From the NCBI GenBank assembly GCA_002269645.1, contig NIVC01000067.1, positions 124,001 through 188,000 on the forward strand: DNA of 64,000 nucleotides, given 5' to 3'. Below are positions 55,563-64,000 of this stretch, piece by piece. Positions within the stretch are counted from its first letter, which is position 1; each line of letters begins with the position of its first letter. The notes beneath the pieces were generated by a model that was not told the DNA's origin, did no database searches, and saw nothing but the letters and a program-made list of their open reading frames with translations. The translations under genes were made by a program, and so were the position numbers. The stretch comes from Macrostomum lignano. Its lineage: Eukaryota.

Positions 55563-56603
55563 ATGAATCACAACAGCGAAGACACTGCTGAAAAGCGCCT
55601 AGAAAACTATACCGCACGTGAGTTAAGGCGCATGCTGGAACAACATGGTCTGTCCAGTTCTGGAAAGAAGGCAATCCTCATAGATCGCCTACGATCGGCA
55701 CGCCATGAGGACACCGATGAGACGCGAACATCTACGGCCAGCGAGAGAGCAGAGAGCGGCCCGGGAGGACGGCAGGCGGCGTCGGACCTGGATGTTCAAG
55801 CGGAAATCCAAGCTGCAGAGAGGCGCATCCGGCTGCTGGAACTCCAGGCAAAAGAGCGACAACTCAGAAGAGAGGCCCAAGCGTCGGAGGATCTCGAACC
55901 CCACCGGGCGGCACCTGAGAACCCGGAAGACCTTGGTGAGTTACTCAACGCTGTTAACAATGAGGCCACCCAGGACCAATGCTCGAAGCCCCAAATAGAC
56001 AGAGTTAGGCAACAGAGACAGGTGATGCTCGTCACGGACTTCCTCGGGGACGCATCCCGTTCGGCCGATGCCGTCCTGGCCCAGGGCGCTGAGGGCCAAC
56101 TTGTGCTCCGAGGAGCCAAAAGCAGCAACATGAAACCAGAGGCGGTGTCCGTCGGGCAGTGGATCATGGCAAACGCCCGGATCCTCGAGTATCTCCTCAA
56201 AACGAGACAACTCACGGATCAAACAGTCTCAGAATACTTGCAATACAACGTGCAAATCGGCGAGCTCCTCGACTGCGGCTATGAAACAGCTCGGGTGATG
56301 CGATTTGACGACAGCTTCCGACGCGCACAAGCCTCCACGGGGTGCTCTTGGGCCCAGCAGAACTTCTCACTCATCGCCCGGCATCTGGTAGCCCCGCAGG
56401 CAACAGCGACAAAGCAGCGCCCGCCAAAGCCACAGACAACTGCCAGGACAGCTCAGGGCATCCCCGTCTGCCGTGTCTTCAACCTACCAGCCGGCTGCCG
56501 TTTCCCAAACTGCAAGTATGCTCACGTGTGCCGCATATGCTTGCAGCCGGATCACACGGAGTCCCGGCACGGAACTGGCGGGATACCGACCACAAAAAAC
56601 TAG
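55563..56603 (+). CDS. gag: Ngaro Gag-like protein (346 aa): N-terminal SAP domain, coiled coil, C-terminal CCCH plus CCHH-type zinc knuckles
   Basis: ATG at 55563. YTARELRRMLEQHGLSSSGKKAILIDRL fits the SAP consensus. C-terminus has CRVFNLPAGCRFPNCKYAHVCRICLQPDH. Confidence 0.85.
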   Translation: MNHNSEDTAEKRLENYTARELRRMLEQHGLSSSGKKAILIDRLRSARHEDTDETRTSTASERAESGPGGRQAASDLDVQAEIQAAERRIRLLELQAKERQLRREAQASEDLEPHRAAPENPEDLGELLNAVNNEATQDQCSKPQIDRVRQQRQVMLVTDFLGDASRSADAVLAQGAEGQLVLRGAKSSNMKPEAVSVGQWIMANARILEYLLKTRQLTDQTVSEYLQYNVQIGELLDCGYETARVMRFDDSFRRAQASTGCSWAQQNFSLIARHLVAPQATATKQRPPKPQTTARTAQGIPVCRVFNLPAGCRFPNCKYAHVCRICLQPDHTESRHGTGGIPTTKN

Positions 56604-56631
56604 AGAGCGGCGGGGTTGCGAACCCCGCCGC
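56594..56631 (+). other. Predicted -1 programmed ribosomal frameshift signal
   Basis: Slippery heptamer A_AAA_AAC (56594-56600) in gag phase, immediately before the gag TAG. Then a 6-nt spacer and a perfect 11-bp hairpin GCGGCGGGGTT-GCG-AACCCCGCCGC. Pol is in the -1 frame. Confidence 0.8.
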
Positions 56632-59164
56632 GTGCGGCCCCACGCGGCCTCCTGCTGATTTTAACTCCACTTTTATCCCTGACGCTCTTCGCGGCAACAA
56701 CGCCGACATGAATCTAGCTGCTTGGTCTAGAGTTCTTCAAGAGGATGATGACCGCGAATTTCTTATGCAAGGCCTCCAAGAGGGGTTTCGCCTGACCACC
56801 GAGTACTCATTTCGCCAATCCGAGGTCGAGAACTACGGCTCATGCAAGCCGAACGAGAGTAAAGTCGAAAGGCAGCTTTACCGCGAGATCGAGTTAGGCC
56901 GCTACCGACGCGTCGCGAAGAGACCCACGAAAGTGTCTGCCATCGGCGCCATCGCCAAACCGGATGGAAATGTTCGGCTCATCCACGACTGTAGCGCTCC
57001 GGAAGGTAACAGCGTGAACTCCCATTTCACGGCTCCCTACAAGATCAAGTTTGAGACGATCAGTGACTTGACCTCGAAGCTGCAACCGGGGGCTTTCATC
57101 GCAAAGATTGATTTGAAGGAAGCGTACCGAGCCGTGCCCGTTCATCCGTCCAACTGGGACGTTCTCGGCCTGAAGTGGAAGTTCAGCGACAGCACGCAGC
57201 CAATCTACCTGGTGGACACCCGCCTGCCGTTCGGCGCCGCGGCGTCGGTGTACCACTTTAACCGGTTGTCGCAAGCAATCACCCGGGCGATGCAACGCAG
57301 CGGCTTCCATGGTATCTGCGGTTATCTCGACGACTGGGCCGTCACGGCCCCAACCAAGAGTGAGTGCTCTGCAGCATACGAGTGTCTGCTGACTCTGGTC
57401 CAGGAGCTCGGCTTTGAAGTCAACTGGCAAAAGGTCGTCCCACCCAGCCAACGCCTCATCTTCCTGGGTGTCGAGCTTGACACGCGCACAGGCAAGATGA
57501 ACCTGCCGGCCGACAAGCGCCTTGCCCTGACAGAGCTGATCGAGGACTGTAGCGCAAAAAGCGTCATCACCAGCAAGAAGCTACAACGACTGTGCGGCAA
57601 GCTCAGTTGGTTCTGCACCGTTGCTAGGCGCGCGCGCCCTTTCCTACGCGACCTGCTGAAGCTGTGCGACCAGCACGACGGAGGCCGTATTCCGGTATCC
57701 AACGGTCTTAGGCGCACCCTGAACTGGTGGAGACAAGCTGTTTCCACTCTCTTCAGCGCGCCCATCTGGCCGCATTTCCCCCGGCGGATTGTCATCGAGT
57801 CCGACTCCTGCCTCGAGGGCGCATGCTGCGTCATCCGGGAGAACGGCGGTGTCAATTGGCTGTACGTGAATTGGCAGCTGGACGCTGGAGCTGCTTTTAG
57901 CGGGCTGCACATCAACTTCAAAGAAGCGCTGGCCCCTTTGTTGTGCACCCTGCGCCAGCCGGACGCGTTTGAACACGCCAAGATTACCGTGTACACCGAC
58001 AGCAGTGCCGCGGCGGGCCTCATCAACCGGCTGTCCTCCGGCTGTCAGCAGGTCAACGAAGTCATGAAGACTGTTGCGCTCCTCTGCATGCGGCGTAACG
58101 TCGAGATTAGGGCTTTTCATGTCCCTGGCGCTTTCCAAGTGTTTAGTGACCCGGGTTCCAGACTCCATACTCGCGAAGGCCTCCTGAATTTTGCTTTTCG
58201 CATGTACGGCGGCCTCGAGAATTTCTCCGCCGCCGAATTTGCTTGTCATGCTGCCAGTTTCTGCTCTGCGCTTTTGCTTTTGTTTCAGGTCCGGCGCTGC
58301 CGCCTCACCGCGTCACCGGGCCGTTCCGCTCTCTGCTCCGCGCCGCTTGGGCTCCAAGAACGCGCGACGCATACCGACACGCCTTCTCACGCTGGGAGGG
58401 CTTCTGCAAACGACGGGGCACCTGCCCGTCAAACGCGCCTGGCCTTGAAGTTGCCGCCTTCGTGGGATTTCTGCACCACGACGGGCAGGTTGGCGACTCG
58501 GCAGTCCAGCACGCCCTGGCCGTCATCAGCTGGGCTCATCGACTGGCGAACCGGCCAGACCCGACCACCGGCGCTATCGTGCAACTGGCAGTGCGAGGTG
58601 CCAAACGCCAGCGAGCGGCAATACAGCAGTGCCGAACAGCGAAGCCGCTGTCCAAAGAGGTCCTATTGCGAATTTACCAAGCCTGCCAGCCACTCAGCCC
58701 AGCGCAACGCTGCTTCTGGGCCGCCCTGCTGTGTGGCTTCTTCGGCCTGCTCAGATGCGCCAACCTGTTCTCACCGCGCTCATGGGCCCGCGCAAGTGAC
58801 CTGCAGTGGAACACCGACGGAGCCCGGCTCCGCATCCGGGTGTCCAAAACCAATCAGCTGGGGCAACGGGACCAGTATGTCCAGCTGCCAAGACTGGCCA
58901 GAGGACATCCGCTCTGCCCGGTGGAGGCACTCTCTAAACACCTGTCGAGCAGCGGCATCTGCCCGACCACGACACCCGACTGGCCACTGTTCAGCTTCCG
59001 CTGTAGCCGCGGTCGGCGTGCCATGTCAGCTCCGGGTTTTAACCGAATGCTTCGCCGCTCCCTTGACGCCGCAGGGGTGCCATCCTGCCAGTTCTCCGGT
59101 CACTCGATGCGACGTGGCGGCGCCTGCCACGCGTTCGAGGCGGGCCTCTCGGTCGACGACGTAA
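56600..59164 (+). CDS. pol: Ngaro Pol: reverse transcriptase plus RNase H (predicted Gag-Pol fusion ~1200 aa)
   Basis: RT motifs KIDLKEAYRAVPV, LPFGAAAS, GYLDDW, IFLGVELDT. RNase H motifs IESDSCLEG, HINFKEALA, VYTDSSAA, HVPG...SDPGSR. The frame stays open across the recombinase ORF. Confidence 0.92.
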   Translation, partial: LESGGVANPAACGPTRPPADFNSTFIPDALRGNNADMNLAAWSRVLQEDDDREFLMQGLQEGFRLTTEYSFRQSEVENYGSCKPNESKVERQLYREIELGRYRRVAKRPTKVSAIGAIAKPDGNVRLIHDCSAPEGNSVNSHFTAPYKIKFETISDLTSKLQPGAFIAKIDLKEAYRAVPVHPSNWDVLGLKWKFSDSTQPIYLVDTRLPFGAAASVYHFNRLSQAITRAMQRSGFHGICGYLDDWAVTAPTKSECSAAYECLLTLVQELGFEVNWQKVVPPSQRLIFLGVELDTRTGKMNLPADKRLALTELIEDCSAKSVITSKKLQRLCGKLSWFCTVARRARPFLRDLLKLCDQHDGGRIPVSNGLRRTLNWWRQAVSTLFSAPIWPHFPRRIVIESDSCLEGACCVIRENGGVNWLYVNWQLDAGAAFSGLHINFKEALAPLLCTLRQPDAFEHAKITVYTDSSAAAGLINRLSSGCQQVNEVMKTVALLCMRRNVEIRAFHVPGAFQVFSDPGSRLHTREGLLNFAFRMYGGLENFSAAEFACHAASFCSALLLLFQVRRCRLTASPGRSALCSAPLGLQERATHTDTPSHAGRASANDGAPARQTRLALKLPPSWDFCTTTGRLATRQSSTPWPSSAGLIDWRTGQTRPPALSCNWQCEVPNASERQYSSAEQRSRCPKRSYCEFTKPASHSAQRNAASGPPCCVASSACSDAPTCSHRAHGPAQVTCSGTPTEPGSASGCPKPISWGNGTSMSSCQDWPEDIRSARWRHSLNTCRAAASARPRHPTGHCSASAVAAVGVPCQLRVLTECFAAPLTPQGCHPASSPVTRCDVAAPATRSRRASRSTT

Positions 59165-59268
59165 AGCAGCTCGGTGGCTGGCGCAGCAACGCCGTTCTGC
59201 GCTACCTGCCGCTCTCGGGCGGCTCTCGGCGTGTTGTGGGAGCTTTGGCGGCTGCCGCCGAAGCCTAA
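58289..59268 (+). CDS. Tyrosine recombinase (YR); predicted second exon joined to gag 55563-55935
   Basis: Catalytic set intact: GLLRCANL (R), RVSKTNQLG (K), GHSMRRGGA (HxxR), GGWRSNAVLRY (W,Y). There is no in-frame ATG between the stop at 58147-58149 and the catalytic core. A strong acceptor lies at 58287-58288. Confidence 0.9.
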
Positions 59269-59323
59269 TTTTCTGTTTTACTGACTGCTTCCCCCTCGCC
59301 TCCTCTCCTGTTGTTTGGTGTTT

Positions 59324-59603
59324 GGCCTGTTCCGCCCGGGTTCGTCTTCCTCGCCCGTGCCGTGCCTTTGCCTTCCTTCCTCGGCGTCGTTCGTTAAGTG
59401 GTGAGTAGCGTTGCTACTCTGAGTTAGCGAACACGTCGGGGAGGGGCCGCCCCGGGCCTGTGTGGGCTCTCCGGTGTGCGTGCTCTGTCTGGCGGGGGGA
59501 GGGGTGGGTGCTTGAGTCCCCCCCGGCCCGGGGGGGGGGGTTTTAGGCCGCGCGGGGCTGCTCTGGCCCAGCTACCCTGTCTCGCGTTTGCAAGCTCAAT
59601 TTT
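59324..59603 (+). repeat. Split direct repeats B1 (59324-59397) and A2 (59398-59603)
   Basis: Contiguous B1-A2 junction CGTTAA|GTGGTGAG. Confidence 0.95.
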
Positions 59604-59695
59604 TTATTCGATTTTATTTTCCCCCTTTAAAGCCACATTTGTCTTTTAATCGCGTTCGAACTGAGCTCACTAAAATATAATCGACCAATCACAAG

Positions 59696-59769
59696 GGCCT
59701 GTTCCGCCCGGGTTCGTCTTCCTCGCCCGTGCCGTGCCTTTGCCTTCCTTCCTCGGCGTCGTTCGTTAA
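59696..59769 (+). repeat. Split direct repeat B2
   Basis: 74-bp exact copy of B1 (GGCCTGTTCCGCCCGGG...GTTCGTTAA). Confidence 0.95.
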
Positions 59770-60102
59770 AGAGAAATATTTGTTCCTTGATAGCAGTGAC
59801 ATATTTGTGCAGGGTGCCAAATTTAATTTATTTGCCTATTTGCAATTTATCGGCCTAAAGTTGTAGCAAAATGGGCCCACGAGTCAGAGCTCCTGCTGCA
59901 TCACGGGATTTCTAAAGCTAAATGTCACTGTGTTTCAAGCAAATTCAGCATAAATTTTACAGCTCTTCTCTGTTTAGATCCACTGAATTGCACATACTCG
60001 AGGTACATCGAGCTCTAATCCTATCAAGTTAAGAGTTAAGATCCATTCAAAACTGTGCTGCTGTGCGTGTGCTTAGCTAATCAATAACATTTTTCGCTGC
60101 GT

Positions 60103-61618
<1,516 letters not shown>

Positions 61619-61640
61619 AATCTCACAGTGTCGGTCTTAC

Positions 61641-64000
61641 TGGAAGTCGATATTCGCGCCGAAGTATGCGTCCTCTGGGTACATGAATGCGACCGTGGCC
61701 GAGTTAAACATTTCGTCAGCAATGTACACCTTACTGCAGTTGGCTCGGGCCGCATACAGGAGAGCCGTGTAGTCCGTCAAGCAGGCTTCCTTCCCTTGGA
61801 ATGTCTGGAAATTCAAATGCATCAGGAAATAAATAATCGTTATGTAGATGAAGAGAAAAAAAGTTGAATGAAGAGCTGAATGAACCTGTTCAATGCACCC
61901 AGGGATAGTGTCTGAAATCTGTAGTTTGTCTGCAACTTGTCTATATACGCCGCCGGTGCTCGTAGTCAGCAGATTGTATAGATTTGTTCCTTCAGGTACC
62001 AGTGGCTTAACAGCAGACTGAGCCACCAGATCGCTTAGCGTTTTTATGGGCAAATCCGTGAAGCTGATCGTCAGATGGGCCGTCAGGTCGCCTGCAAGTG
62101 TAGCGAAATCAAGATCCAACCCGTGACATTTCTGAGTTCAACTTTCAGGTTTCCAAGGCCTTTAAAATAAAAATATTTGCACCCTCACCCGTGTAAGTTC
62201 CATAAATGATGACGGTGAACATCCACCAGAAGGCCAGCACAGCTCTTGGAGACATGGCAAACGGATAAAAGTCCTGACCCTGCTGCATGAAGCTGCCAAC
62301 TATACTCCAAATGTACTCCTGCAGCCAGATCTCATCAGCAAAGGCAAACTCCAGTCTCAGGTTGTAGGCAGTGAATGGAGAGAAATAAGCCAGCACCCAC
62401 GTGACTGCGGCGGAGACAAAGATGAAAATAATGACTAGAATCCACACATCGTAATTGAACGGAGTGAAAACATTCCACAGCTTGGACTTGGGCGGAGGCC
62501 GGGGCACCAGAATTCCGTACGCTTCTTGGAAAAGTGGCGTTGAGAAGTCGACTACGCCGTCGCGGGTGGTAGACTTGGTGAAGGTGGAACCTCCGATGGA
62601 AACAATCTGAAGGTTGTCAAACAATATGTGATTACTAATTGTTCCATATTTATTCCAATTATGATCAACTTCGCAGGAAAATACTCACTCCTCTCTGTAC
62701 TTCTCCGACGCATCCGGAGAAGTAGCTCTTTCCAGCCTGCGGCCCGCCCCACTGGCCATCGTCAGGCACCTTCACGCTGTACCTAAGATGACGATGAAGA
62801 TTCAGCGAATCGTAAACATTGGTTCAGCACCACCTAAAATAGGCGACAGATCTAACGAAATCATTCACTCACCGAAAGTCCAAGCGCGCTGCAAGGATAT
62901 CCAAGACATCCTTTAGCATTCCACCCACAATCACCGTCTTGTTAGGAAAGGTTTGTCGATATATTGTAAAAGGAAAAATCTGAAATTTCGAATACGAGAA
63001 ACTTTAAAATCTGCAAAGATTTGTTCAAAAACTGGATCAGAAGATAACAAATATTGACCAACTTCAGTGCTACAGATACGAATAGTTTCGTTCTTGAACC
63101 CCAGGAATGTGTTTGGGAACACGAGGCTCACGCCCTTCTCTCTGAACAAAACGCTTAGCGCTCCACTCTTGGTGTTGTACATTCCCGACTGAATGAACTG
63201 AATAGGTGATGACAGTTTCTGGTTGAAGCTTCCCACCACTTCGATGCCCTGCGAGTCGAAGTGACCGGTGGTCGAGTTGAACGAGATCACTCCTCGGTTC
63301 GAGTTGTAGCCGGACATCTGTTATTACATTTCAGTGGTCAGGAGAGTAAGTCTGCATTCGATAGTAGGCGTAAAAAGCAACTCCGATTTTTAAAGCACTC
63401 AACTCACGCTTGTCAGCTTCGAATAGACGGACGGCCCCGAGCTCCACACCTGCAGAGGATTGCAGGCAGCGTTGCTGACATTGAACGTCGACTCAGTGAC
63501 CGCATCGTTCAGTGCCTTCGCCAGAGCCTCGACTGCATCAACGAATCGAGTGTCCAGTGTCTGCAATTGTCAGAATTTTCAGAATTTCAGCGTTGCAGTT
63601 TTCACATCGACCATTTTCATAGCTTGCAGCTATGCTCAACCGTTTCACTGCTCACTCGGATCCAGTCTGTGTCGCAGCTGTCGAATACGTCTCGCACAGG
63701 AGCGGAACATGATCCGGGAACGTTGATTCCGGTTGTGCCTCCTCTGACGAGAGCGACATTCGAGTTCGAGATGATGTGGTGTCTTATCTGTCCTTTTGCG
63801 ATTCCCGTATCGATGATGAGCCAAAAGTAGTTCTGCTGCATCACCAGTGACGCGTTTGCGTGATCAAGAATTGCGAAGACGTTAGCTGGTTCGGCCAGCA
63901 CCAACATGTGGAACACCTTCTTCTTCAGAAGTCGAGTCATGTGAGCGTTGAGGTCCGTGACCAGAGCTCCGCTATTTGTGTCCACTTGGAATGTGAGCGA
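61641..64000 (-). CDS. Ionotropic glutamate receptor-family subunit, partial (5' end beyond window, M4 exon not securely found); exons >64000-63656, 63560-63408, 63317-63063, 62979-62873, 62782-62689, 62606-62189, 62091-61886, 61804-61641
   Basis: S1 motifs: ICSTE|IFPF, GMLKDVLDILAARLDF, DGQWG, TRDGVVDFSTP. M1: FTPFNYDVWILV. Pore: IVGSFMQQG. M3: RAVLAFWWMFTVIIYGTYTG|DLTAHL. An S2 region follows. All listed junctions are GT-AG and phase-consistent. Confidence 0.88.

Larger units (their letters stand above)
55318..59769 (+). mobile_element. Ngaro/PAT-type tyrosine-recombinase (DIRS order) retrotransposon with split direct repeats A1-ORFs-B1-A2-spacer-B2
   Basis: A1 55318-55521 equals A2 59398-59603 except in homopolymer lengths. 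B1 59324-59397 equals B2 59696-59769. Gag, RT/RNase H and tyrosine recombinase ORFs are intact. No TSD, no integrase and no protease seen. Confidence 0.95.

Noticed and set aside
58289-58300. Spliced-leader AUG supplying the YR start (flatworm SLs end in AUG)
   Set aside because: An AUG added at this acceptor would read in the pol frame, not the YR frame; YR needs a phase-1 upstream exon.
62931-62979. Apparent frameshift in the glutamate receptor S1 region
   Set aside because: Resolved by the acceptor TTCAG| at 62980, giving IFPFTIYRQTFPNKTVIVGGMLKD in frame.

Overview
This is eukaryotic (animal) genomic DNA. GC3-rich exons with polyA/polyQ/polyP tracts and introns packed with unrelated minisatellites suggest a flatworm such as Macrostomum; that is an inference, not a database result. 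Four spliced host genes were reconstructed by hand: (1) an Nkx6 homeobox gene (+, 5787-~18157); (2) a convergent single-domain ACE/M2 metallopeptidase (-, 23601-18873, last exon not found); (3) a nine-finger C2H2 gene with an Ikaros/Hunchback-type C-terminal dimerisation pair (+, 46754-50803); (4) a divergent ionotropic glutamate receptor (-, >64000-61641). There are two apparently intact mobile elements. The first is a 4000-bp P-element-family THAP transposon (41978-45977) with 37-bp TIRs, an 8-bp TSD and asymmetric internal repeats. The second is a Ngaro-type tyrosine-recombinase retrotransposon (55318-59769) with split direct repeats. The most striking signal is the retrotransposon's apparent retrovirus-like expression programme from one transcript: Gag; Gag-Pol via a textbook -1 frameshift signal (A AAA AAC + 6 nt + perfect 11-bp hairpin); and a spliced SAP-domain/tyrosine-recombinase fusion, since the recombinase frame has no usable AUG but has phase-matched consensus splice sites. 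About 25 tandem arrays explain nearly all long low-complexity ORFs in the supplied track.
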